The notes under the pieces are model-generated. The model had not been told where the DNA came from and did not search any database. It worked only from the letters and a program-made list of their open reading frames with translations. Source: a virus. Taken from it: a stretch of 64,000 bases of DNA. Of the stretch, positions 37,833 to 47,248 are shown piece by piece (positions within the stretch are counted from its first letter, which is position 1; every line of letters begins with the position of its first letter). A program made the translations under genes and the position numbers. Location: positions 1 to 64,000 of the IMG/VR virus record IMGVR_UViG_3300040801_003999, one strand, 5' to 3'.

Positions 37833-38437
37833 TTAAAAGCCTCCACTAAGGAAGAAAACCTTACCAGATCGGCAAGTTTTGAGTGCGCACTCTCAACAAA
37901 TTTTTCAGATGCGAGACCAGAATCAATGGCCCGTTTAAGAGTCACAGCTGCGCGCTCGACATCTATCATAAACTCAAAGATCTTCTTCACGGTCGATATT
38001 GTAGCAGAAATCAGAGATCTGTTCAAAGACTTAAAGACAATAAGTTCTTTTCGATTATTATAAATCCCGACTTCAACCAAGACTGTGGCGTCTGAATTGG
38101 AAGTGTGCGCACGAGTCGACTCAATGAGCGCTTCAGCTTTAAAATAGGCTACTTCAATGTCAGCAAGTGTCTGATAGTCCTCGGACATGTTTTTCTTCAT
38201 TGACATAAACAATGCATCAAACAAGCCGTCTCCTGCTGCGTCAACAGAAAAATCCTTATCTAGAGATTGAATTTTGCAGTTATAGTGAATCGAGGTGGGG
38301 AACTCAACCTGTGCCGTCAACCTTTCTTTAATCTCTATATCGCTGAAAATAATATAAGTTGCTTTATCTCGAAGGGTCTCGCGGCATATCGACTCGATTT
38401 TTTTCTGTTCAAGCTCTTCAGGGGTAATATATCTCAT
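37829..38437 (-). CDS. hypothetical protein
   Basis: 202-aa co-oriented ORF. Confidence 0.6.
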   Translation of the reverse strand: MRYITPEELEQKKIESICRETLRDKATYIIFSDIEIKERLTAQVEFPTSIHYNCKIQSLDKDFSVDAAGDGLFDALFMSMKKNMSEDYQTLADIEVAYFKAEALIESTRAHTSNSDATVLVEVGIYNNRKELIVFKSLNRSLISATISTVKKIFEFMIDVERAAVTLKRAIDSGLASEKFVESAHSKLADLVRFSSLVEAFK

Positions 38438-38445
38438 CTCTTCAC

Positions 38446-38790
38446 CTAATTCAACATTTTAGAAATCACACGACCTGAAGGCATGAAGCTCAAAGCAGGT
38501 CGGTATTCATCTGATTTAATGAAGCGAGAAAGAATAAGGTAGGTACTTGAAAGCTTGTAAACCTCTTCTAAATCAAAGTCTGGGCTGTAGTCGGCGACGG
38601 CTTTGCGGCAGAGGAGCAAATTCGCGATACAGAGAGAATCGCGCTGAAATTGCTCAAATGAAATAGGTCCAACTTTGTCTTTCACGTGCTCTAGATAATA
38701 TTCTACGTCATCTGGTATTTTTTTCGGGTCACCAGCAATTGTACTCATAAATTCTAATCCTTTTGATTTTTTAATATCTTTATCTATCAT
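38446..38790 (-). CDS. hypothetical protein
   Basis: 114-aa co-oriented ORF. Confidence 0.6.
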   Translation of the reverse strand: MIDKDIKKSKGLEFMSTIAGDPKKIPDDVEYYLEHVKDKVGPISFEQFQRDSLCIANLLLCRKAVADYSPDFDLEEVYKLSSTYLILSRFIKSDEYRPALSFMPSGRVISKMLN

Positions 38791-39251
38791 GAAATCACCA
38801 TTTGTTCAGCCAAAATGTTAGAGTTCTCCAACGAATCTCGAAAACCGGGATGAAGATCTTGTCGGACAAGAAGTTCGTCCTTTGTCATCCATCTCGACCA
38901 TTCCACTTCATGAGCAAACTCTTTAAAAGGACTAGCGCTGAATTCTTTATCTACTTTCGCAAAATAAAGATAGAAATCAACTCTGCCAGAGGTCTTGTCA
39001 ATTAACGAAAGTTCTGTGGTTGGTCCTCTATAGCCAGATTCTTCTCTGAATTCGCGCCACGCCCCCTCCGAGGGTAGTTCCCCAGTAGTGAGGTGCCCCC
39101 CCGGTACTGATATAGTGTGCGGGAAAGAGCCCACTTTACCAGATCGCATTTGCACTAGAAATCGATCTGTTGCTGGGCAATACATCAGAATTCCTGCTGC
39201 GGTATCAATATCATCACTGTGTTCACTCAATATCATCATGATCCTCTGCAT
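38787..39251 (-). CDS. Nudix hydrolase
   Basis: Nudix box GGHLTTGELPSEGAWREFREESGY. Confidence 0.75.
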   Translation of the reverse strand: MQRIMMILSEHSDDIDTAAGILMYCPATDRFLVQMRSGKVGSFPHTISVPGGHLTTGELPSEGAWREFREESGYRGPTTELSLIDKTSGRVDFYLYFAKVDKEFSASPFKEFAHEVEWSRWMTKDELLVRQDLHPGFRDSLENSNILAEQMVIS

Positions 39252-39522
39252 TCAAATGTTCCGAAAATTTTCTGATATCATCAGCAGACTCCAAAATTTT
39301 TCGACAATGACGATCAATATCAGATGCGACCCAAGAAACCGATTTGTAATCTCTCTTCTCACCACCTTGATACATCAATACGTCGATTAGGGTTTCCACA
39401 GACTTTAGTTCATAAACAATCTTTCTTATCCGCTCGCGTATCTCAATCTCTAGATCGCTTTCCTTCAAGTTTTTGATTATCTTCACCGTTTTCATATCTT
39501 CTCCACTCTTTAAATAAGTCAT
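39223..39522 (-). CDS. hypothetical protein
   Basis: 99-aa co-oriented ORF. Confidence 0.55.
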   Translation of the reverse strand: MTYLKSGEDMKTVKIIKNLKESDLEIEIRERIRKIVYELKSVETLIDVLMYQGGEKRDYKSVSWVASDIDRHCRKILESADDIRKFSEHLNAEDHDDIE

Positions 39523-39564
39523 AAATCGATTTAATAAATCTTATAGGGATTAGTAGATAATTTT

Positions 39565-40332
39565 TCATAGTAGTTTTTTGAAAAGACGTGATTGACTTAC
39601 ATACCTGCGGACATGCGCCTTATCTTTCATATTTTTATGACGCCAATTTCGGCTATTTATTGTTTTTAAAGCACTTTGTCGGATTAATACGGTTGAATTG
39701 ATTTGAGGCACCCAAGCCCGATAATGTATATATTCTCTAGAATTTCCCCCAAAAAAGAGGGGGATGACATCCATGACCATAACAGGAGATCTCAGCGAGG
39801 ATAAGGCCTTAAAATCACGCGCGTAAAAATTCGCACACGGAAGATTAAAAGAATTTAAGATTTTCAATTCCAAATCGCTTGTGACGACTGGACATCGTCG
39901 ATAAGAACCCTGAAAGGGTGAAGCGCTCATGTCGAAATACATTTCGTAATCTTTATATTCTCGAACACAAAGCATTTGACCGGGCTTAAATGTAGCCTCT
40001 TGACACAGTTCTCTTAGTCTTTTTGTCATTTCTTGGAAAGAGACTCTGTAATTATGAAAATGAACGCGCTGATTTGGATTTCTATGGCTGAGATATATTA
40101 CAAAAATATCTTTTGTTTTTGCCCACTTTGTCGGAGCACTGGCCTGCGATAATCGTGCACTAAATGACCAGTTGATCATTTTGTATGACCAGAGTAGCTC
40201 TGGATCTGATACAATTTCTTCCAGAAACTCTTCTCGTAATTTTAGGTATTCTTCATTATTCTCGTTAGCAGTGTGAAAATCACATTGTTGACGAACAGAA
40301 AAATCACCTGCAAAAAAATTTTCGTATTGCAT
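39565..40332 (-). CDS. hypothetical protein
   Basis: 255-aa ORF downstream of promoter 40364..40392. Confidence 0.65.
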   Translation of the reverse strand: MQYENFFAGDFSVRQQCDFHTANENNEEYLKLREEFLEEIVSDPELLWSYKMINWSFSARLSQASAPTKWAKTKDIFVIYLSHRNPNQRVHFHNYRVSFQEMTKRLRELCQEATFKPGQMLCVREYKDYEMYFDMSASPFQGSYRRCPVVTSDLELKILNSFNLPCANFYARDFKALSSLRSPVMVMDVIPLFFGGNSREYIHYRAWVPQINSTVLIRQSALKTINSRNWRHKNMKDKAHVRRYVSQSRLFKKLL

Positions 40333-40363
40333 TTAACCCTCGAACAAAAAACCCACCTGAGTT

Positions 40364-40392
40364 ATTGTACTCAAACGGGCCAGCGTTGTCAA
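40364..40392 (-). promoter_or_regulatory. sigma70-like promoter (isolated one in the AT-rich part)
   Basis: Minus strand TTGACA-17-TACAAT, A-tract upstream. Confidence 0.55.
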
Positions 40393-40411
40393 GAGATTTT
40401 TTGTGTGACCA

Positions 40412-40804
40412 TCAGGGCTTAAAGAAATCAATAATCGTGGCATCAACGAGGCCTGTGAGCACTCCGATAAGAACAGCCGCACCGAGAACCATCCAACGCC
40501 ACTTTGTCAGTGACTCGACTTGTGCCTCTAGCTTCGTGACTCTATCGGGAATAGGTTCAGAGCGAATCTTGTGTTCCGTTAGACGGTAGATATCTTCAGA
40601 ATTCTTCTTCACTTGTTCAAGCAAATCATCAATTTTATAAGAAATTTTACTAAAATTTTGAATTTGTGAAGCATTTTCTTTTATCATATTCACCATTTCA
40701 GACCATTGATTGTCTAATTTGTGCTGGCTTCGTGCATGCTCCTCATCTCTCGTCTTTAAATAGGTAACTGCTTGTAAAATTTCACTTAATTTGTCTTCTT
40801 CCAA
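40412..40804 (-). CDS. coiled-coil protein with C-terminal TM anchor
   Basis: 130 aa. C-terminus WRWMVLGAAVLIGVLTGLV. Confidence 0.6.
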   Translation of the reverse strand: MEEDKLSEILQAVTYLKTRDEEHARSQHKLDNQWSEMVNMIKENASQIQNFSKISYKIDDLLEQVKKNSEDIYRLTEHKIRSEPIPDRVTKLEAQVESLTKWRWMVLGAAVLIGVLTGLVDATIIDFFKP

Positions 40805-40875
40805 TTTTTTATCTCCAAATGCTTAAGGAACCTTACGCAATAATTAGAAGAAACAAGTTATTGAGTCATTATATT

Positions 40876-42456
40876 CTAAGCATCAACTTCAACAATCGCC
40901 GACACGGTCGTCATTAGAGTTGATGCGGCCGATGCTGCGTTAATAAGTGCATTTTTAGTCACTTTAAATGGGTCAATAATTCCATTTTCATACAGTTCTA
41001 CAACATCTGAATCTTCAGTACTAAAATCTATACCAAGACTTACATCGTGCTTAACTTTTTCAAATAAAATCTCAGCATTTTTACCAGCATTGTTTGCCAT
41101 TTGGAAAAAAGGAGCTTGAAGGGATTCCATAAAAATCTTCCAACCCTCCCGCTCACCAGAATTAAGACAACTTTCGTCTGGCTCTATCAAATTTTTGCTG
41201 ATTTCCATCAAGAGGCGACCCCCTCCCGGTATAATACCCTCTTCACGAGCAGAATTTACAGCTTCCAGAGCATCTTCGATGCGATGCTTTCTCTCTTCCA
41301 TTTCAATTTCTGTCGCACCACCAACAGAAATTTCGGCGACCCCTGAAGACATCCTTGTAATTCGTTCTTGAAGCCTGTCGATATCCTCAATAGATTTCAT
41401 TTGCTTCATTTCTGCTTGAAGAGATTCGACGCGCTCTTGAATCTTGTCGACATCTCCGACGCCGCCAACGAAAACAGATTTTAGTGGACCAGCCTCAATT
41501 TTTTTGACAAATCCCAAATCTTCCAATTTTACATCGGTCAGGCGATCATTTTTCTCAACATCAATAAAGCGCGCCCCAATAGAAATCGCGAGATCTTCTA
41601 AAATTTCACTTCGCCGTGAACCATAGGATGGAGGATTGATGATTGCGATGCGCTGGCCTTTGATAGCATTCATAATGCAAAACTCCAAAGGCTTTTCCTT
41701 GACTTCATCAGCGATAATAATAAGAGGCCGTTGTTCCTTATCTACCTTTGCAATAAGCTGACGCAATTCTGAAAAGTTATCCAGAACTAAGTTTGTGACC
41801 AACACTAAAGCATCTTCGTGAAAAACAAGATTTCTGCTATTTTTATTCACAAATGCTTTAGAGTGATAGCCCTCATCAATCTGAAAACCTTCAATAATGT
41901 CAAGCGTCGTGCGAGTTGTTTTAGAATTTGTTATTGATATAGCGCCGCCTCGACCAATAGATGATACAGCATCCGTGATAATGTTAGAAACCAATGTATC
42001 ACCATTAGAAGAAATGTTAGCGATATGTCGAATATCGTCCTCCGATTCAATCTGGCGGATGTGGTTTGAAATTTGCTCAAGCGCAGCGGCGAGCGCTTTT
42101 TCAATCCCCCGACGGAGGTCGATCGGAGCATATCCCCCAATCAGGCGTTTATATGTATTTTGGATAATAGCATCGGCGACAACAGTCGCGGTCGTGGTGC
42201 CATCTCCGGCTTTTTGCACTGTTTCAATCGATGCCTGTTTGATAACTTGTGCGGCTGCATTTTCGAATTCATCTTCAAAAGAAATGAATTTTGCAACAGT
42301 AACGCCGTCCTTGGTGATTACTGGCTTTTGACCTTTTGGATGAATCAGCACGTTTCGGCCTTTCGGACCAAGCGTGCAGCCTACATTTTTTGCTAATTTT
42401 CTCGAAGCTTTGGAAACTTTTTCAAGAAAGTCTAAATCAAAACTAAATTTCTTCAC
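40876..42456 (-). CDS. groEL: chaperonin GroEL (Cpn60)
   Basis: 526 aa. LGPKGRNVL, AGDGTTTATVVADAI, GGVAEISVGGATEIEMEE, IIPGGG. Confidence 0.9.
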   Translation of the reverse strand: MKKFSFDLDFLEKVSKASRKLAKNVGCTLGPKGRNVLIHPKGQKPVITKDGVTVAKFISFEDEFENAAAQVIKQASIETVQKAGDGTTTATVVADAIIQNTYKRLIGGYAPIDLRRGIEKALAAALEQISNHIRQIESEDDIRHIANISSNGDTLVSNIITDAVSSIGRGGAISITNSKTTRTTLDIIEGFQIDEGYHSKAFVNKNSRNLVFHEDALVLVTNLVLDNFSELRQLIAKVDKEQRPLIIIADEVKEKPLEFCIMNAIKGQRIAIINPPSYGSRRSEILEDLAISIGARFIDVEKNDRLTDVKLEDLGFVKKIEAGPLKSVFVGGVGDVDKIQERVESLQAEMKQMKSIEDIDRLQERITRMSSGVAEISVGGATEIEMEERKHRIEDALEAVNSAREEGIIPGGGRLLMEISKNLIEPDESCLNSGEREGWKIFMESLQAPFFQMANNAGKNAEILFEKVKHDVSLGIDFSTEDSDVVELYENGIIDPFKVTKNALINAASAASTLMTTVSAIVEVDA

Positions 42457-43136
42457 GCTCCCTCCGTTGGAACCAATTCTTTTATTTTATCTAGATAACC
42501 ATCCAGAAGCATATTCTCTTCTCTGATGATCTCATAATATTTCTTAATAATGCCGCCAATTCGGCCGGCATACTCATTCAAAATTGCGTGCTGAGATTCG
42601 TCAACCCTCTTCTGAACGCCTAAAGATGATAAAACATCACTGATGGTTTTGTTAGCCTCCAGCGCTTCATCGACGATGCGCTTCATCGAATTGTTGACTC
42701 GCTCATACAAATAATCGAATGCAGCCTTGTATTTATAATTCGCTCTGCGGTACCCTTGACGCTTGACTGTCACGATATAATCTCTAGTTTTCAAAGCCTT
42801 TTCGCTTGCTTCGGACAATTCTTCAATTAGTGGTCGTAACTCTGTCTCAATTTCGCGATATTCTCTCTGATAGCGATCCAGTTCTTCTTTGACTCGGTCG
42901 ATTTCATTAGCCAACTCGCCCATTCGATTAATTTTACGCGCTAGACGAGGATCTTTGATTTCGGCTTCCTGCATTCTACCATAAATTGACTCACAAATCA
43001 AGTCCATCAAGACATCATTCTGCGAAGACTTTTTCGGCTTCGAAACAAACTTCTGAACGCTCTCTTCGACGATGCGGTTGTTTTTTTCAACTTTTGTTTT
43101 TAAAAGCTTTGCAAACTTATCTCTATCTATTTTCAT
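42453..43136 (-). CDS. hypothetical coiled-coil protein
   Basis: 227-aa co-oriented ORF with a 4-nt overlap to groEL. Confidence 0.6.
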   Translation of the reverse strand: MKIDRDKFAKLLKTKVEKNNRIVEESVQKFVSKPKKSSQNDVLMDLICESIYGRMQEAEIKDPRLARKINRMGELANEIDRVKEELDRYQREYREIETELRPLIEELSEASEKALKTRDYIVTVKRQGYRRANYKYKAAFDYLYERVNNSMKRIVDEALEANKTISDVLSSLGVQKRVDESQHAILNEYAGRIGGIIKKYYEIIREENMLLDGYLDKIKELVPTEGA

Positions 43137-44011
43137 TCGGTGCGCCCTTTTTCTTCGTAAAGTTCGTGAACTACCTCTTTAATTATCTCTGCGAGATCAA
43201 TTCCGGCAGTATCAATCTTATTTTCCGTTAAATGGTAATGATGAAACCAGCCGCCGTGCTCGCGCGCAGCCTCCATGTCCCAAACGCCTTTATGCATGGT
43301 CGCGTCGTCATTATAAGCCGTCAGGAGGCTGGTGACTATATCGTTCTTGACAAGAGTTTTCATTAAAATCTTGAAAGATCTTATCTGTTCGGGATAATAG
43401 CCCAAATGCTCGCCTAAATCACGGCCATGCACTTCAGATCTGATAATAGGTCGCTCAGGAAGTCCCATTTTAACATACTTATCAGCATATTTCAAGTAAA
43501 AGGCGTTAGAAATATCGATTCCGATTGAATCAGAATTGAACCCTTTCGCGTGATAACCCACATCTTTCATATCTAAATATTGAAAAATAGTCCCATCATT
43601 ATCGATACAAAAATGAGTCGAAACCCCTCTTCTCTGAAGGATGTTGAAGCAATGATCTGCTGAAAATGTAGCATCCCAATGAATAATGCAGAATTTTACC
43701 TCTTCTCTATCTGCTTTCTTATAATTCTCGGCGTTAAACTTGCCGAAGTGTTTTAATGATACTTCTACATCATAATCGATGTCTATTTTTTTACCATTCA
43801 AAACCAAAAGAGGCTTTACTTTGCCCATACTACGAAAATGTTCATACAGGGTAGCGAAAGTATTGGGCCCAACAAGACCATCGGCCTGCAAACCCTTCCT
43901 TTCCTGAAATTCTCGCACTTTATTTTCCAGCACTTTATCAAAATCCGTTGTGCCGAACCACATCGGCGACCATCCTAGATCTTGTGCAGATTTTTCATTG
44001 TAATTCACCAT
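43133..44011 (-). CDS. N-acetylmuramoyl-L-alanine amidase with N-terminal peptidoglycan-binding domain (endolysin candidate)
   Basis: VREFQERKGLQADGLVGPNTFATL (PG_binding_1-like). IIHWDATFSADHCFNILQRRGVSTHFCIDNDGTIFQYLD...GYHAKGFNSDSIGIDI (amidase_2-like). Confidence 0.75.
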   Translation of the reverse strand: MVNYNEKSAQDLGWSPMWFGTTDFDKVLENKVREFQERKGLQADGLVGPNTFATLYEHFRSMGKVKPLLVLNGKKIDIDYDVEVSLKHFGKFNAENYKKADREEVKFCIIHWDATFSADHCFNILQRRGVSTHFCIDNDGTIFQYLDMKDVGYHAKGFNSDSIGIDISNAFYLKYADKYVKMGLPERPIIRSEVHGRDLGEHLGYYPEQIRSFKILMKTLVKNDIVTSLLTAYNDDATMHKGVWDMEAAREHGGWFHHYHLTENKIDTAGIDLAEIIKEVVHELYEEKGRTE

Positions 44012-44271
44012 TCATCCTCCTTTATATGCGGCACACCATCTATAAATTTAATATCTAGCTTACCCTGCATAGCTTTTATCCCCCTACTAAATAATTCAAT
44101 ATATTGCTTGGGAGTAATTCTTTTATTTTCATAAGCTTCGTGAATAAATTTGTTATATTGGTTGACAGTGAATATATTTGACTTGAATGAAATCAAATTA
44201 CAATCACGGTCGACCAATTCTCTATCAAAATAATCTTCGATAATTTTTTTTCTTTGTTTTTCTCTCTTCAC
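44005..44271 (-). CDS. hypothetical protein
   Basis: GGAGGCATT-GTG start preferred over the track TTG at 44286, which lies in the terminator T-run. Confidence 0.5.
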   Translation of the reverse strand: MKREKQRKKIIEDYFDRELVDRDCNLISFKSNIFTVNQYNKFIHEAYENKRITPKQYIELFSRGIKAMQGKLDIKFIDGVPHIKEDEW

Positions 44272-44283
44272 AATGCCTCCATA

Positions 44284-44310
44284 CAAAAATAGCCAGCTAT
44301 AAAGCTGACT
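44284..44310 (-). terminator. intrinsic terminator after the acidic repeat gene
   Basis: Minus strand AGTCAGCT-TTAT-AGCTGGCT (8 bp) followed by ATTTTTGTAT. Confidence 0.55.
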
Positions 44311-44340
44311 ATTTTGAGTGTGTATTACATTATTTTATTA

Positions 44341-45096
44341 TTACTTCTTTTTCAGACGCTTTGCAACTTTCTCAGCCAATCTCTTTTCGTGGCGATTGAG
44401 CATCTCTTCAATCTTCTCAGCCAGTGCCTCTTCTTCTTCGTCATCCATAGGCGGCATATCATCACCGCCCATGTCGTCCATTTCGGGGGCGTCATCCATT
44501 TCAGGAACGTCATCCATCTCGGGTTCGCCGTCATCTACAACGGTAGTTTCGATATCCTCGCCAGCAGCTAGTTCACTCTTAAGGGCAGCGACGAGATCTT
44601 GGAGAGCTTGTTCGACAGATGGAGCACCGCCCATGTCATCCATTTCGGGGGCGTCATCCATAGGTGGCATATCATCACCGCCCATGTCGTCCATTTCGGG
44701 GGCGTCATCCATAGGCGGCATATCATCACCGCCCATATCTTCGAGATCGTCATCGTCTTCTTCCATCATAGGCTCTTCGTCACGCTTGTAGCCCATTTCG
44801 TCGAGTTCTTTCATGTCCTCTCCTTCTTTGACCGTCTTAAGCTTGTGGTCAGGATGAGCATGGTCGACTTTGCCGGGCTTCTTCTTGCCCTTCTTACCCT
44901 CTTCGATTTCTTCCTCTTCTTCAAGATACTTTTGTTTCATATCCTGCGGAGGAGTTTCTTTCATTTTTTCTTTCTTGTAGTCACCTTCATTCAGCCAGAA
45001 ATCTGGATCGTAAGCGTCCTTTTGACCCGTCAATTCCTTCCAGCGAAGCATTTCGCCTTCTGTCAGAAGAGATTTTTTCTTCTTGTTTTTACTCAT
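44341..45096 (-). CDS. highly acidic tandem-repeat protein
   Basis: 251 aa. Basic N- and C-termini flank repeats of DDMPPMDDAPEMDDMGG. Confidence 0.7.
   Translation of the reverse strand: MSKNKKKKSLLTEGEMLRWKELTGQKDAYDPDFWLNEGDYKKEKMKETPPQDMKQKYLEEEEEIEEGKKGKKKPGKVDHAHPDHKLKTVKEGEDMKELDEMGYKRDEEPMMEEDDDDLEDMGGDDMPPMDDAPEMDDMGGDDMPPMDDAPEMDDMGGAPSVEQALQDLVAALKSELAAGEDIETTVVDDGEPEMDDVPEMDDAPEMDDMGGDDMPPMDDEEEEALAEKIEEMLNRHEKRLAEKVAKRLKKK
44443..44740 (-). repeat. 48-nt coding tandem/dispersed repeat
   Basis: The unit catccataggcggcatatcatcaccgcccatgtcgtccatttcgggggcgt occurs at about 44443-44500 and about 2.5 times in 44625-44740. Confidence 0.75.
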
Positions 45097-45132
45097 GAGC
45101 TAAATTCTCCTTCAAAATTAGAGTTTTAAACC

Positions 45133-45183
45133 ATTGAAATTTCAATTCAATATAATTATAACCTTGTCTGATCTAAGTTAGAA
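45133..45183 (-). promoter_or_regulatory. candidate promoter with palindromic operator
   Basis: Minus strand TTCTAA-17-TATAAT (45155..45160). Perfect 14-nt palindrome ATTGAAATTTCAAT at 45133..45146, around the expected start site. Confidence 0.4.
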
Positions 45184-45190
45184 TTATTTT

Positions 45191-45451
45191 CTAAGAAAGA
45201 AATAAATTCTCCAGTTCTTCTTGGTTTTCGTATAATTTTTTAAGTTTCGCAATAGCCTTATCTTCTATTTGCTTTATCCTAACATGCGTAACTCCAAAAC
45301 GCTCGCCGATTTCTCTAAGATTTAACGAGCCTGAATTCTCAACAGCAACTAAAACACAATTGTGGTCTTGTTCATAATCTATATAGTTTCTGCAACAAGT
45401 CTGGTCTCTTCCTTCTCTTTTGCATGCGCAAACAAATTCCGATTTATCCAT
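45191..45451 (-). CDS. sigma-70 region 4-like HTH protein with Cys-rich N-terminus
   Basis: LREIGERFGVTHVRIKQIEDKAIAKLKKL compared with sigma70 region 4.2 [28 protein letters not shown]. Only 86 aa, N-terminal CAC...CC...C. Confidence 0.65.
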   Translation of the reverse strand: MDKSEFVCACKREGRDQTCCRNYIDYEQDHNCVLVAVENSGSLNLREIGERFGVTHVRIKQIEDKAIAKLKKLYENQEELENLFLS

Positions 45452-45768
45452 TAAATATCACCTATCTCTTCTTCGATTGAATCGTAAATTAAATTTATTT
45501 CATCTTCGGAGAGGCCAAATTTATCTATCATTTCGTCTCTCTTGTCTATTCTTTTTCTAAGAATTTTTTTGTTTCGCTTGACGAACTCGCCACGTTCTTT
45601 TTGATACTGTTCAAGTATAGCCAGCATGTTCTCGTCGTCACGTAAAACCATCGTAATCATATATCTAAAAAAATCAGACATATTCATTCCATACCGACTG
45701 CGGATCTTTATCATAAAATCCGTCTGTCTTTTGGGGTAATCACTAAAATATATATCCTTTTTATCCAT
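45451..45768 (-). CDS. hypothetical protein
   Basis: 105-aa co-oriented ORF. Confidence 0.6.
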   Translation of the reverse strand: MDKKDIYFSDYPKRQTDFMIKIRSRYGMNMSDFFRYMITMVLRDDENMLAILEQYQKERGEFVKRNKKILRKRIDKRDEMIDKFGLSEDEINLIYDSIEEEIGDI

Positions 45769-46852
45769 TGATATGTGGCATACCCTCCTTGATTGAAGCT
45801 GAAGATTGTTTCATAACAAAACATTTGCTCCTGAACTCCTTTAAGTTTCTAGCGCCGGAGTAGGAAAGGCCTGACTTAATCCCCATAATAAAATCAAACA
45901 AAACATCGGCGGTTTCGCCTTTATATTTGATTTTTGTCGAGACGCCTTCGGCCACAGAAGTCCAGCCACGCCAATCATCCTGCGCCTCTTTCGAAGCCAT
46001 TCCTCTGAAGGATTTGTACCCATCCTCTACAATGCCGGGCGACTTCGAAGTGCCGGCCAAGACAGAGCCGAGCATTACAGCATCGGCTCCAAAAGCGAGA
46101 GCTTTTACAGCATCTCCGCTCGTTCGAATGCCGCCATCCGCAATGATCGCCGCTGGCTTGCTTACGCCAGACTCCTCTTCTTCGAGCGCGCGGATCTTGC
46201 ACAGGGCAATCGAGGTGAGCGTCGGTACTCCATGACCAGTTCGAATCCTAGTGGTACAACAACTTCCACCACCCACACCTACACGGATTAAATCAGCGCC
46301 GGCCTTTCGAAGAAAGGAATAGCCATCTGGTGTTGCGATATTGCCAGCCATAACAGTAGTGCCGTCGAGATCCTTAATTCTCATAATAGCTTGTGCACAA
46401 TCACGATGATGGCCATGCGCAACATCGATACAAAAATTTCTAATGCCATTCTTATATAAAAACTCTACTCTCTCATCATCATTGCTTCCCACTGCCGCGA
46501 AGGTTCGAAGTCGAGCATATTGGTCGTTCGGAATTTCTTTAAGTTGTTCTTCAGGAGTATTATATCTATGAACAACACTCGCGGCTCCCATTTCTGCCAT
46601 AGTAACGGCCATATCTAGACCCGTAACCGTATCCATGGGCGCTGCGAAAACCGGCCGAACAAAGCCTGACAACAGCATTTCATCACCGATGCGAGGCGTC
46701 AAGTCAACATTTCGTCTTGTTTTAATAGTGGAATATCTTGGTGTCAACAAAACATCGTCGAAACACACTGCTCCATACTCATCTAAAAATTTTCTAATTG
46801 TCTGTGCTTCCAAAGCCACCCTCTCCTCTTTCTGATTCTTGTTCAAATGCAT
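45761..46852 (-). CDS. IMP dehydrogenase / GMP reductase family enzyme (no CBS insert)
   Basis: FDDVLLTPRYS, GVGGGSCCTTRIRTGHGVPTLTSI, IIADGGIRTSGDAVKALAFGADAVMLGS. The start may be a TTG near 46815, given the 59-nt overlap with dut. Confidence 0.8.
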   Translation of the reverse strand: MHLNKNQKEERVALEAQTIRKFLDEYGAVCFDDVLLTPRYSTIKTRRNVDLTPRIGDEMLLSGFVRPVFAAPMDTVTGLDMAVTMAEMGAASVVHRYNTPEEQLKEIPNDQYARLRTFAAVGSNDDERVEFLYKNGIRNFCIDVAHGHHRDCAQAIMRIKDLDGTTVMAGNIATPDGYSFLRKAGADLIRVGVGGGSCCTTRIRTGHGVPTLTSIALCKIRALEEEESGVSKPAAIIADGGIRTSGDAVKALAFGADAVMLGSVLAGTSKSPGIVEDGYKSFRGMASKEAQDDWRGWTSVAEGVSTKIKYKGETADVLFDFIMGIKSGLSYSGARNLKEFRSKCFVMKQSSASIKEGMPHING

Positions 46853-47240
46853 TTTCTACGACGACCGGTTGTGGTGTCGCAATAGGATAACATACTAGCT
46901 GCGCAATCTTTTCACCGTGTGTTATCATTTCAATATCCGACCCGATGTTATGTAAATCAATGAATATTTCACCTTGATAACCGCTATCAATAATGTGTGC
47001 TCCAACTACTAAGCATCTTTTGGACGCAATAGAAGATCTGTTCTTAACCTCAACGACATAGCCTTCAGGAATATTCATCTTGATGCCTGTCGGAATGAGT
47101 TTATTCTCAGATGGAGCAATCACTTTATAGTTGGGAGCGTATTCCAATGATGCGAAAACATCCATCCCTGCGTCAGTCGGGTGTGCGCGCTCGGGAGGTT
47201 TTGCGCCCTCGCGCAACAATTCTACCTTGATCTCTTTCAT
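46794..47240 (-). CDS. dut: dUTPase (trimeric type)
   Basis: 148 aa. AGMDVFA, IIDSGYQGEI and C-terminal RGEGGFGSTD motifs. Confidence 0.85.
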   Translation of the reverse strand: MKEIKVELLREGAKPPERAHPTDAGMDVFASLEYAPNYKVIAPSENKLIPTGIKMNIPEGYVVEVKNRSSIASKRCLVVGAHIIDSGYQGEIFIDLHNIGSDIEMITHGEKIAQLVCYPIATPQPVVVENAFEQESERGEGGFGSTDN

Positions 47241-47248
47241 TATTCCTC

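Noticed and set aside
44318-44791. Ser-rich 157-aa plus-strand ORF and other frames over the acidic repeat gene.
   Set aside because: These are antisense or alternate readings of the 48-nt repeat. The minus-strand acidic frame has an RBS, a promoter candidate and a terminator.
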